NCBI GenBank assembly: GCA_965200805.1
Contig: OZ241384.1
Coordinates: 763,305 to 827,304 of the forward strand
Direction of reading: 5' to 3'
DNA from: Paracoccaceae bacterium
Lineage (GTDB): Bacteria; Pseudomonadota; Alphaproteobacteria; Rhodobacterales; Rhodobacteraceae
Length of the DNA stretch: 64,000 bases
Shown here: positions 20,435 through 29,703 of the stretch, in pieces
How positions within the stretch are numbered: the stretch's first letter is position 1
Layout of the letters: each line of letters begins with the position of its first letter
Notes under the pieces: generated by a model
Databases searched by the model: none
What the model was told of the DNA's origin: nothing
Seen by the model: the letters and a program-made list of their open reading frames with translations, nothing else
Position numbers and translations under genes: made by a program

Positions 20435-21508
20435 TCAGGTCACCAGGCGCCCACTGGTCTCTCCATCAAAGAGATGAACAGAATCCGGGTCGACCGTGAA
20501 TGACAGAGCATCCCCCCGCCTGCCCGCTGTTGACCGGGGGACGACAGCAACAAATTCAGTCCCTCCGGCGGTCTGCATGTGAAACTGCAGGTCGGTCCCG
20601 GTCTTCTCCACGATGACGATCGTGCCCGGCAGGGCTCCATCATCATCAATGACCATCTCATTCGGACGGATTGCCAGGGTCACGGATCTGCCATCATGAC
20701 TTTTGCAGGCGGCGGGCAAGGGAAGCGGCGACCCGAGACCGACAAATCGCGGACCCTCCGCATGAACCTCGATTGTTCCGGCAAAGCAGTTGATGGCAGG
20801 TGTCCCGATGAACTCTGCCGCGTACAGACAGTTGGGTTTGTCGTAGAGATCATCGGTCGAGCCAACCTGGACAATGTTGCCATCATGCATCAGCACGATC
20901 CGGTCAGCCATTGTCATGGCCTCAATCTGGTCGTGGGTCACATAGAGCGTTGTCGCGCCGAGACGGTCATGCAACTGACGGATTTCAACCCGCATATGGG
21001 CGCGCAGTTTGGCATCAAGATTCGAGAGAGGCTCATCAAAAAGAAAAACATCGGCAGCCCGGACCATGGCTCTGCCCATTGCAACGCGCTGGCGCTGCCC
21101 ACCGGAGAGTTCGGCCGGCTTCCTGTCCAGAAGTTCGGTGATGTTGAGTGTCCGGGCCGCCTCTTCGACTTTCATGCGAATTGCATCCGGCTTCATACGA
21201 GCCACTTCCAGACTGAACCCAATGTTATCCCGCACCTTCATCGTCGGGTAGAGAGCGTAATTCTGGAAGACCATGGCAATGTTCCGGTCTCGTGGATGAG
21301 TCTCATTCACAACCGTGCCATTGATCGCGATTTCGCCCTCGCTGATCGTCTCCAGCCCGGCCGTCATCCGCAGGAGTGTGGTCTTGCCGCAACCGGACGC
21401 ACCAAGCAGGACAATGAACTCGCCCGCGGCAATTTCCAGATTCAATCCCTTCAGGACCTCAACCGACCCGAATGACTTCCCGACATTGCGAAACTCGACT
21501 GCAGTCAT
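20435..21508 (-). CDS. Sugar ABC transporter ATP-binding protein (MalK/UgpC-like)
   Basis: Walker A GASGCGKTT, signature LSGGQRQRV, Walker B FLFDEPLSNLD and a C-terminal regulatory/TOBE-like domain. Confidence 0.9.
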   Translation of the reverse strand: MTAVEFRNVGKSFGSVEVLKGLNLEIAAGEFIVLLGASGCGKTTLLRMTAGLETISEGEIAINGTVVNETHPRDRNIAMVFQNYALYPTMKVRDNIGFSLEVARMKPDAIRMKVEEAARTLNITELLDRKPAELSGGQRQRVAMGRAMVRAADVFLFDEPLSNLDAKLRAHMRVEIRQLHDRLGATTLYVTHDQIEAMTMADRIVLMHDGNIVQVGSTDDLYDKPNCLYAAEFIGTPAINCFAGTIEVHAEGPRFVGLGSPLPLPAACKSHDGRSVTLAIRPNEMVIDDDGALPGTIVIVEKTGTDLQFHMQTAGGTEFVAVVPRSTAGRRGDALSFTVDPDSVHLFDGETSGRLVT

Positions 21509-21517
21509 GATGACGGA

Positions 21518-22240
21518 TCAATACCTCTGGCGTGTGGGGGTCAGACAGATTTCCTGGACGAGGGCTTTCTGCGGCAATTGATAGGCGTCAAGAATGAGTT
21601 TGCCGACGATGTCGGCTCCGATGCCACCTCCCATTGCGGCTTTGTTCTTTTTGTACGCTTCAAGTGTTTTTTGATCAAGAACACCCGAAAGAACCTCGGT
21701 CTCGATCACGCCGGGTGACACAACGAGAACCCGCACATTGTAATCGGACAGGAACTCCCGGATTGACTCCGAAACTGCGTGGACAAAGAACTTTGTCCCG
21801 CAATAGACTGCGTGATCAGGATAGACCTTGCGGCCGGCGATGGAGCTCATCATGACCAGTGTCCCGCACTGTCGCTCCATCATCCCATGCAGAACAGCAT
21901 GCACAGTATTCATGACACCCTTGGTGTTGATGTCAATCATCTCATCCCACTCTTCCGGAGGTTGCCTTCCAAGATCGGCAAGCCGGGCAATCCCCGCATT
22001 GGCAAACATCATGTCAACGGGTCCGTATTTCCTTTCAGCATCATCCACGGCACCCCTGATCTGATTCCGGTCCCTGACATCAACCTTTCGGCACATCGAA
22101 TCAGGAAGCCGCATGGCTTTCATTCTCTCAAGCCGTTGTGCCATCATGAGCACCGGGTGCCCGGCGGAGGCGAATGCCCGCGCCGTCTCGGCACCGATGC
22201 CCGAGCTTGCACCCGTGATTGCCACAAGCGGCTTGCTCAT
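21518..22240 (-). CDS. Short-chain dehydrogenase/reductase (SDR)
   Basis: Cofactor motif VAITGASSGIG and catalytic YCGTK (YxxxK). Confidence 0.85.
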   Translation of the reverse strand: MSKPLVAITGASSGIGAETARAFASAGHPVLMMAQRLERMKAMRLPDSMCRKVDVRDRNQIRGAVDDAERKYGPVDMMFANAGIARLADLGRQPPEEWDEMIDINTKGVMNTVHAVLHGMMERQCGTLVMMSSIAGRKVYPDHAVYCGTKFFVHAVSESIREFLSDYNVRVLVVSPGVIETEVLSGVLDQKTLEAYKKNKAAMGGGIGADIVGKLILDAYQLPQKALVQEICLTPTRQRY

Positions 22241-22316
22241 GATTCTTCCCTTTCAGTCCTTCAACCGCGCGCCGACATGACACCGCCGCACGGTTCTGTG
22301 TATCCTCCGACGATTG

Positions 22317-23819
22317 TCAGCCGACGACAACCCTGTCAGCGGCCTGCGCAATGTCATCCATGGCCTCCTTGGCTGAAGCGTACTCGCCAGCGAAGTACTT
22401 GCCAAGCCTGACGGGGATGGTGTCATTTGCCAACTCTGCCCATTGCGGCAAGTCAGGTTCTGACCCCATGTCATAGGCGATCGTATCCCGCACAACATTA
22501 AGATGGCGGGTTGTGCCGGCACCAACGCGGTTGTTCGCGATAATCCGCGGGTCATCATAGACACTCTTCCGGGTTGGGCCTGTGCCCCCCCCCAACGCCG
22601 TAATCAGGACCTGTGTGTCGTAGGATGTTGCCCACTGCATGAAGATCCATGCCGCATCCGGACTCTTTGAGTTTCTTGAGACCGCAAGCGACGAACCTCC
22701 CTGATGACCAACGCCCGGGATTTCACCAAATCCACAATCAGCCGGAGCACGAAGTGACTTGGGCTGCGGACACCGTGCCGCTTCCATCAGCCCGGAGACC
22801 TTGGTGGCATCCGGATCATCAAAGTACGGGAAGAACTCTCCCCAACTCATCATTGAGGCAGCAACACCCTGGGCTACGGATTGGCCCTGGCCATCCCAGG
22901 TCCATCCGGTCACACCCGGGGGCATTGTCGCATAGAGGCGATCCCAGTACTCCATTGCCGCGAGACCATTCTCATCATGACCCGAGAACCTCTCGTCAGC
23001 TCCGAAGATTGATCCACCATGACCCCAGAGCCATGCCGTCCAGTCACACTCCAGCGAATAGTGGCCGGACTTCATCTGACCGGTGGCACCATAGACATCA
23101 GGTGCCATGGCATCCGTGATTGCCTTTGCCTGCTCATAGTACCGCTCAAGCGTGGCTGGCGCCTCAAAGCCCATGTCATCCCAGATATCCCTGCGGTACT
23201 GCATGATGAAGATCGGAATGTCATACGGAACACCCACCCAACGTCCCTCATAATAGGCGATGCCGTCAACGAGCGCCGTCAGGAAATCGTCAATGTTGTA
23301 ATCCGGCATCGCCAGATCAGGCTTTTCGGCCAGCTGCTCGCGCGGGTCAAAGACATCACGCGACACCGATGCTGCCCATGACTGATCAATATAGTACAGA
23401 TCATAGGTCCCAAGCTGTGATGCGATATCAAGCGTGAGTTTTTGCAGGACCTGCTCAAGCGGCAACACCTCAATCTCGACAGTCATGCCGGATGCTTCCT
23501 CAAAATACTGCTTGAGCTGACTGTTGATCGCATTGGACGGCGGCGTTGACTCCGTCGCCAGCCGCAGCGTGGTTCCGGCAAACGGCTTCGACACATCCCT
23601 GACCCAGTCCAGGACATCAGCCGACGGCTGCAGTGCCATATCATCAGCAAAGGTCATGGACGGTCTCGCAAGGCCCGTTCCAAGCACCCCTGCACCCAAA
23701 CCAAGTGCCGACGCATTCCGCAGGAAAGACCTGCGGCTCATCCGGCCATGGACATAATCGTCCACAACCTTGGCGCGGTATAGTTTCTTATCAGCGTCGT
23801 TCATTGTCGCTCCTTTCAT
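22317..23819 (-). CDS. ABC transporter substrate-binding protein (family 1, Tat-type signal)
   Basis: Twin-arginine motif MSRRSFLRNASALGLGAGVLG. Its size and position are upstream of the SDR/ATPase genes and downstream of two permease genes. Confidence 0.85.
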   Translation of the reverse strand: MKGATMNDADKKLYRAKVVDDYVHGRMSRRSFLRNASALGLGAGVLGTGLARPSMTFADDMALQPSADVLDWVRDVSKPFAGTTLRLATESTPPSNAINSQLKQYFEEASGMTVEIEVLPLEQVLQKLTLDIASQLGTYDLYYIDQSWAASVSRDVFDPREQLAEKPDLAMPDYNIDDFLTALVDGIAYYEGRWVGVPYDIPIFIMQYRRDIWDDMGFEAPATLERYYEQAKAITDAMAPDVYGATGQMKSGHYSLECDWTAWLWGHGGSIFGADERFSGHDENGLAAMEYWDRLYATMPPGVTGWTWDGQGQSVAQGVAASMMSWGEFFPYFDDPDATKVSGLMEAARCPQPKSLRAPADCGFGEIPGVGHQGGSSLAVSRNSKSPDAAWIFMQWATSYDTQVLITALGGGTGPTRKSVYDDPRIIANNRVGAGTTRHLNVVRDTIAYDMGSEPDLPQWAELANDTIPVRLGKYFAGEYASAKEAMDDIAQAADRVVVG

Positions 23820-23840
23820 CGAAACCGGGCCGGAACGGCC

Positions 23841-24725
23841 CTATTGCTTGATCGATCCCAGCGTCAAGCCGCGGACCAGATGTTTCTGGACCAGCAGAAT
23901 GAACACAAAGGCCGGGACCACTGCTGCTGCACCGAGGGCTGCCATGCTTCCCCAGGCAGTTCCGGTCGACGTCACAAATGTGGAGGAGACGACCGGGACA
24001 GTCTTCAATCCGGTTTGGGTCAGAGTCAGGACAAACAGGAACTCTGTCCACGAAAAAATAAAACACAATACGGCTGTCGCAGCCATGCCACCCTTGACCA
24101 TCGGCAGGACAACACGGCGGAAGATCAGCCAACGCGAGGCTCCGTCAATCAGGGCACTTTCATCAATTTCCACGGGAATGTCATCAAAGAAACTTTTCAT
24201 CAGCAGAACCGCAAGCGGCAGGTTCATGAGGGCATGGATCAGGATGATGCCGGTGAAGGTATCAAGCAGGGAGATCTCCTTGTATATGAAGAAGACCGGG
24301 ATGGCGACTGCGACCGGTGGCATCATGCGCGTGGAGAGAATCCAGGCCACAAAATGATGACGCCCGCGGAACGTCATGCGGCTCAGGGCATAGGATGCCA
24401 GCGTGGAAATCGCTATGGCCAGTGCTGTCGAGAGAACCGCGACCACAATCGAATCCCAGAGGCGGGGTGCCATGCGCCAGTTGCCACCTCCCGGCAATAC
24501 CTCACGCTGCTCACCAAACCCATACCCAAAGGAGATGCCGAACACCTCTTCAAAATTGCGGAGTGTGGGTTCAAACGACCAGACATGGGGTGGCCAGTTG
24601 AAGATTTCCGACCCGTCCTTGAAGGCGATCGTCAGCCAGTAATAGAGCGGGAAGGCAAACAGTGCGACAACCGCCCATCCAACGACAGTCCGGAGCGTCC
24701 GAGAAAATCGGGATTGCGCAACCAT
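23841..24725 (-). CDS. Carbohydrate ABC transporter permease (MalG/UgpE-like)
   Basis: Six predicted hydrophobic segments and an EAA-like loop ESALIDGASRWLIFRRVVLP. Confidence 0.85.
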   Translation of the reverse strand: MVAQSRFSRTLRTVVGWAVVALFAFPLYYWLTIAFKDGSEIFNWPPHVWSFEPTLRNFEEVFGISFGYGFGEQREVLPGGGNWRMAPRLWDSIVVAVLSTALAIAISTLASYALSRMTFRGRHHFVAWILSTRMMPPVAVAIPVFFIYKEISLLDTFTGIILIHALMNLPLAVLLMKSFFDDIPVEIDESALIDGASRWLIFRRVVLPMVKGGMAATAVLCFIFSWTEFLFVLTLTQTGLKTVPVVSSTFVTSTGTAWGSMAALGAAAVVPAFVFILLVQKHLVRGLTLGSIKQ

Positions 24726-24732
24726 GCCCAGT

Positions 24733-25635
24733 TCACCAGCGCACTCTGGTCACGGCAATGAAGGCATTGGCGATGACCAGTATGATGACCAGGGTAAACA
24801 GGGAGAGTGTTGCTCCGTAACCCCATTTGATGAAACTGAAGGTCTGTTGCCAGGAGTAGAGCGACAGTGTGTATGTTGATGTCCCGGGGCCACCACTCGT
24901 CATGACAAAAACATAGTCGAACATCCGAAAGATGTCGATCCCGCGAATCAGCACCGCCACAGCGATCACCTTGCTCATGAGCGGCAGGGTGATCCTGCGA
25001 AATGTCATGAAGGTCGAAGCGCCATCAAGCATGGCCGCCTCATAGGGTTCCGCGGGGAGGGATCGCAACCCGGCCAGAAAAATCAGAAACATGAATGGCG
25101 TCCACTGCCAGATGTCAGCCAGCATGACACCCCAGAGAGCCGTGGAGCTGGTGGCCAGGATGGGGACTGATTTGTCAAGAATCCCAAGCACATCAAGAAC
25201 GTATGTCAGAACTCCAAATTCGGGGTCCTGGATCAGGAGATACATCATTCCGACAATAGCGGGCGGAATCACCAGTGTCAGGGTCAACACGACACGCAAA
25301 AGGCCAAAGCCGAATTCTTCTGCATCAAGCAGGAGGGCAAGCCCCATGCCGAGGACCAGTTCGACGGAAAGCACAATGATGAAATAGAACATCGTTGTCC
25401 ACAGGGCTTCCCACATGCGGCTGTCCGCAAAGAGCATCTGCCAATTTTGCCACCCCACGAAAACAAGCTGGCGCTTGAAGGGCGCGTACTCATGAAAGCT
25501 GAGCCAGATGTTGTAGATCACAGGAATGATTGTGAATGCCACAAGCATGGCAACCAGAGGGAGAATCCAAATCAGAGGACGATCAGTTGACAAGACCCCG
25601 ATCTTCAAAGTGCCTCCCCCATTCGCATTGAACAT
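24733..25635 (-). CDS. Carbohydrate ABC transporter permease (MalF/UgpA-like)
   Basis: Hydrophobic profile and an EAA loop YEAAMLDGASTFMTFRRITLP. Confidence 0.85.
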   Translation of the reverse strand: MFNANGGGTLKIGVLSTDRPLIWILPLVAMLVAFTIIPVIYNIWLSFHEYAPFKRQLVFVGWQNWQMLFADSRMWEALWTTMFYFIIVLSVELVLGMGLALLLDAEEFGFGLLRVVLTLTLVIPPAIVGMMYLLIQDPEFGVLTYVLDVLGILDKSVPILATSSTALWGVMLADIWQWTPFMFLIFLAGLRSLPAEPYEAAMLDGASTFMTFRRITLPLMSKVIAVAVLIRGIDIFRMFDYVFVMTSGGPGTSTYTLSLYSWQQTFSFIKWGYGATLSLFTLVIILVIANAFIAVTRVRW

Positions 25636-25836
25636 GCCTGACTGGAGTATCGCACGATCTTCCCATCAACGCAACATTTTTCTGACACCGGTTGCATTTG
25701 TTAACTTTCACGTCATGGGCCGGACGCAACCCGCCTCTTTTCCGTGCACATCCTGCCACCGGGCGAACAGCCAGTACGCCGGAAGACTTTCTCCCTGCAC
25801 GAAGCATGCATGAACGATTTCCACATGCAGTGGGTG

Positions 25837-26901
25837 CTAACCCATCATCGCAATCTGTTTTTCTGCCGCCCGAAAAGCCTTTCGCATGAGGACAGGGAGG
25901 GCGTTCGGGTTGAAGCGTTCAGCGGGGACAAATGCACCGCGCGCTGGTGTGCAGCCACTGGCAAGCAGTGCGGTCCGCACCTCGATCTCGGCTCTGAAAT
26001 GCGTGAAACCGTGATGAACTGCTGTCCCAACCGTGCGCCAGTCGCCATCACACGGCGGCCCGCCGGGTGGACTTCGGTCCCAGATGCACCCGGGCCAGCC
26101 ATAGAGGCCCCCCAAAAGCCCGTTCCCCGGTCGTTTTTCCAACAACCAGGCTCCATCTTCACGGCAACCGACATAGAGAATGCCCTTGCGCAGAGGGATC
26201 CCGGGTCGCTTTTTCCTGACGGGGAATTCGGATTGTCTGCCAAGTGCATGGGCCTCGCAGAATGGGACGCAGGGACACAGTGCACATTGCGGCGTCACCG
26301 GTCGACAGATCATGGCGCCAAGATCCATGAGAGCCTGAACAACATCTCCCGATCGTATGGGCGAGACCAGAGATTCGGCATGCCGGCGAAGGTCTTTCCT
26401 GGCGGTCGGGAGGGGCGTTTCCACGGCAAAGAGGCGCGCCAGTACGCGCTCGATGTTGCCATCAATCGCAATCACCGGATAATCATGGGCGATCGCTGCG
26501 ATTGCGGCAGCAGTATAGTCACCAATGCCCGGAAGCTGTTTGAGTGCCGATGGGTGCTCCGGGAACACGCCTCCATAATCCTTGACGAGAATCCTGGCAC
26601 ATCTGTGCAGGTTCCGGGCCCGCGTGTAGTAGCCAAGACCTGCCCAGGCCGCCAGAACATCGGCTTCATCAGCGTCGGCAAGTGCATCGACCGTTGGCCA
26701 GGTCTGCAGGAATTTTACGAAGTAGCGTTCAACAACTGTCACTGTCGTCTGCTGCAGCATGATCTCGGAGAGCCAGACCCTGTAGGGGTCTGGACGGATG
26801 TTTGTGCCTGGACGATATCGCCATGAAAGGTCACGACCATGGCTGTCATACCAGGACAGGAGCCGGAGATGAATCTCCGGGATCACCTCAGAGGATGGCA
26901 T
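25837..26901 (-). CDS. mutY: A/G-specific adenine DNA glycosylase
   Basis: HhH-GPD core (VWLSEIMLQQTTV, LPGIGDYTAAAI) and the 4Fe-4S cluster loop CRPVTPQCALCPCVPFC, with a C-terminal NUDIX-like domain. I use the start at MPSSEVI. The longer ORF overlaps the upstream esterase gene. Confidence 0.85.
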   Translation of the reverse strand: MPSSEVIPEIHLRLLSWYDSHGRDLSWRYRPGTNIRPDPYRVWLSEIMLQQTTVTVVERYFVKFLQTWPTVDALADADEADVLAAWAGLGYYTRARNLHRCARILVKDYGGVFPEHPSALKQLPGIGDYTAAAIAAIAHDYPVIAIDGNIERVLARLFAVETPLPTARKDLRRHAESLVSPIRSGDVVQALMDLGAMICRPVTPQCALCPCVPFCEAHALGRQSEFPVRKKRPGIPLRKGILYVGCREDGAWLLEKRPGNGLLGGLYGWPGCIWDRSPPGGPPCDGDWRTVGTAVHHGFTHFRAEIEVRTALLASGCTPARGAFVPAERFNPNALPVLMRKAFRAAEKQIAMMG

Positions 26902-27778
26902 CAACAAACTGCCCGACCTCCCGAACAGCCCGATCGGCCTCCGGCATTGTCCCGGCAAAAAAGTGAAATGCGTGCAGCATGCCCGGGAAATGCTTGTGCT
27001 GGATTGATGATGCATCAGGCCATCCATCAACAAGACGGGCGGCATCCTCTCGCAGGAGATCCATTTCGACTGAGTGCACCAGGGTGGGCGGAAGACCATC
27101 AAACCTGTTCCAAAGCGGTGATGCATCTGGACTCCGGACATCCCGACCGTTGAGATAGAGTTCAGCGCAGCAGCGCAGATTCTCGACAATCAGCATCGGG
27201 TCGTCAATCGCACCGGCCCCAAGCTCGGGACCGGAGAGCGAGAGATCAAGCCACGGCGACAGAAGGACCACGGAATCGGGCAAGACCTCACCACCATCGC
27301 GAAGACTGCAGACACTTGACAGTGCCAGACCGCCCCCGGCACTGTCGCCGATAAGGACCAGCCTGTCGACGCCAGCGGCACGGCGGGCCCGGATCAATTC
27401 ACTGCACTGATCGCGGGCAGCCGGAAATGGAGACTCTGGAGCCAGTGCATAATCCGGGACCAGAACCTCATCTGCAATGGCATTGGCAAGATGCCCGGCA
27501 AGTCGATGATGCGTCCAGGACGACATCATGCAAAAGGCTCCGCCATGCAGGTAGATCGTCTCACAACGGAATCGGGGACGGGCCGGTGTCATGCGCAGAC
27601 ATGCAACATCGGCAATCATCTCTTCCCGAATGACAATACGTGAGGGAATGTTGGCCATCTCGTAGGCTCTGGCATTGACGTCACGCTCCGTGTACAAATT
27701 GAACGCCGCGGGTTTCTCCCGGGAGCGAAACATCTCCTCAATCTCCCGCGCACGATCAGACTGGGTTGTCCCGGTCAT
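26888..27778 (-). CDS. Alpha/beta hydrolase, esterase/lipase (HSL / Abhydrolase_3 type)
   Basis: Oxyanion motif YLHGGAF and nucleophile GDSAGG. The 3' end overlaps the mutY start by 14 nt. The start codon is uncertain. Confidence 0.8.
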   Translation of the reverse strand: MTGTTQSDRAREIEEMFRSREKPAAFNLYTERDVNARAYEMANIPSRIVIREEMIADVACLRMTPARPRFRCETIYLHGGAFCMMSSWTHHRLAGHLANAIADEVLVPDYALAPESPFPAARDQCSELIRARRAAGVDRLVLIGDSAGGGLALSSVCSLRDGGEVLPDSVVLLSPWLDLSLSGPELGAGAIDDPMLIVENLRCCAELYLNGRDVRSPDASPLWNRFDGLPPTLVHSVEMDLLREDAARLVDGWPDASSIQHKHFPGMLHAFHFFAGTMPEADRAVREVGQFVDAIL

Positions 27779-28572
27779 TCCTGATCTTTCCACCTCCGCA
27801 TTTCGAATGATGCCGTCACGACCCGAATCGTGAGAGGAAAGAGTGCCGTCAGCATGAAACTGCGTTGACACCCCTGTCCGATCATTGATCCCCAAAAATA
27901 TCATAGGCCCCGGCAAGGCCAAAGAACAGGACCGCAAGGGTAAAGAATTCTCTCCCCTCTGTCATGTTTTCTTCAGATTCTGCAGAATCACCATAAGAGA
28001 ACTGGCATCAGTGTTTTGGCTCCTCACGTCAACATTTTGACATCGGCACGACCTCATAATCGCAACAACAGGCATGGTTCCAAATGAAGGCGTCTACTTC
28101 CCTGAGTCTCCCTGCAACCCAGGTTTCCCCACAACATATGAACTGCCCGACAGGAGATGCCCAATGCAGGATTCTCGATGAAGGCACATGCCCCGGCATT
28201 CAGTGGCACGATTATTGATCTCGACAGTCCCAACGAACCGGTTCATCAAGTTTCCGCAGCGATCTCATTCTGACCCGCCCGGCACTGATGCAGAATACAG
28301 GTCAAGTCCTGAAAATAGCCATTATCACACCTTTCACATGGCCCATGATACAGCATGAATGGCATCTTGGACAGAGGTCCATGAGGGCGGATGTCTTGAG
28401 AGTATGGTGTTCAGGAATTGTCGCCGCACGTGAACCCCTTGGAGGCTGTTGTGTTCTGGCATCATGTGACCACCGATCAGCACCAAATCAGAGGGCACCG
28501 TCCTACATCTTGGGTGAATTATATCCGGTTGGGTCGTGCGGGCATCTCTATAATTGGTACTGATACAATAAG

Positions 28573-28827
28573 TCAGCCATGATGCACATGGGGCAGGATC
28601 AAGAGAGGCTGATCCTGTTCGGCCATGGCAGTATCAAGATAGTCACGACCGCTGATTCCCTGTATCTGCAACTGTTCACACAACATCAGAGTTGACAAAA
28701 ACCGCCTCCGGGTTTCAGCAGCATCTCCGGCAATCCGCTGTGCGGTTTCTGCCTCGAATCCGAACTGGGACTGCATGACATCCCGCGGCATGAGTAATGC
28801 CAATCGCTCAAGCTTTTCGATCTGCAT
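28573..28827 (-). CDS. Hypothetical protein (possible last gene of the AT-rich membrane-protein operon)
   Basis: 84-aa ORF with a helical-looking sequence and no motif I recognise. The same frame stays open upstream, apart from one TGA, back to the MITE-2 target site. Confidence 0.3.
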   Translation of the reverse strand: MQIEKLERLALLMPRDVMQSQFGFEAETAQRIAGDAAETRRRFLSTLMLCEQLQIQGISGRDYLDTAMAEQDQPLLILPHVHHG

Positions 28828-28991
28828 GCGGGCACGATGACATCATAAAGCCTTCGTATCGTCGAGCATAAGAAGAGCCTTGGATTGCACCGATCCACAC
28901 ATGGCAAGACCACGCAATAGGGTTTCAAGCCATAGAGCATCCAGCCCCCCATCTTGCGGAGATCCATGATCCGTTCGTTTATCCTATTAAA

Positions 28992-29140
28992 GGGGATTAT
29001 ATACTTGAGTGACCAATTTCCTAATTTATCTCATATAATCAATAACATAAACCAACTGTATCCATAGATGGGAATTAAAGCATAAAATACTGATCCTTAT
29101 GGACTAATTTAATTTTCTGTCACTTAAGTATATAATCCCC
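28992..29140 (+). mobile_element. MITE copy 2 (149 bp)
   Basis: Same TIRs as copy 1 (GGGGATTATATACTTGAGTGAC ... GTCACTTAAGTATATAATCCCC). The 8-bp direct repeat is CTATTAAA (28984-28991 and 29141-29148). It is inserted in the 3' part of ORF A. Confidence 0.85.
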
Positions 29141-29703
29141 CTATTAAAGCACAGAGGCATTTCTTCCTCTGCACTGCGAAGAACTGGGGACGAATCCTGT
29201 CGTAACGAGGCCTCATCAAGACGCTCAAGATGCGTTTCAATCCCAACCAGAATATCAATCAATGTGTTCAGTCTGAGATCTGTCGGAATACGATCTACCT
29301 TCTCTTCGATCGTGGCAAGATCAGTCTTAAGGCCCCGCAGACGGTTCAGAATCATTGCTGTGCTTGCAACAGTGACGCCAATTCCAACAATGGACGACAC
29401 CAATGTCGCCAGCTGCAAAGTCTGCAAGCTGCCCATCATGCCCTGCATGATATCCAGGCGGGATTTGATCTGTTCATTCTGCACGATGCCATAGATCCCG
29501 CTCGTCGAATTAAGCATGCCCAGAGGACTGAGGCGACCGGCATTACTGATGAGTGCGTTCAGCGCGCCGGTCTCCTGCACATGTGCGACAATACGCCCCG
29601 TACCAGCATCGTGCAGCATGGCTCCGATGCGCCTGATGTCCCCAGTTGCCACACCGGCAGCAAATTTATTAGGGATCTCAAACGGAATATTTGAAAAGAT
29701 CAT
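29104..29703 (-). CDS. Hypothetical single-pass membrane protein 'A'; C-terminus replaced by MITE-derived codons
   Basis: The start ATG overlaps the stop of ORF B (ATGA at 29700-29703). It has an N-terminal module GVATGDIRRIGAMLHDAGTGRIVAHVQETG, a TM helix LATLVSSIVGIGVTVASTAMIL and a coiled-coil tail. The last 12 codons (GIIYLSDRKLN) are MITE sequence. Confidence 0.55.
   Translation of the reverse strand: MIFSNIPFEIPNKFAAGVATGDIRRIGAMLHDAGTGRIVAHVQETGALNALISNAGRLSPLGMLNSTSGIYGIVQNEQIKSRLDIMQGMMGSLQTLQLATLVSSIVGIGVTVASTAMILNRLRGLKTDLATIEEKVDRIPTDLRLNTLIDILVGIETHLERLDEASLRQDSSPVLRSAEEEMPLCFNRGIIYLSDRKLN

Noticed and set aside
20579-21475. 298-aa plus-strand ORF. Similar cases are 23844-24761, 10974-11642, 8983-9582, 51208-51969 and 45576-46091.
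   Set aside because: All are antisense shadows of ABC transporter or peptidase genes with strong motifs on the other strand.
25744-26826. 360-aa plus-strand ORF.
   Set aside because: It is entirely antisense to mutY, whose motifs are unambiguous. The translation has no recognisable features.
27940-28570. 91-aa ORF at 28288-28563 and a short Cys-containing minus-strand ORF near 28300-28420.
   Set aside because: There is no ribosome-binding site and no recognisable domain, and the composition is odd. I treat the stretch as non-coding island flank.
28686-28967. 93-aa ORF that becomes the in-frame continuation of ORF A once MITE copy 2 is removed.
   Set aside because: The translation is Cys/Trp/Arg-rich and unlike the rest of A. 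From the C6 run at 28945-28950 onward, the neighbouring frame gives a much more protein-like helical sequence. I therefore treat this ORF as probably non-native, though I am not certain.
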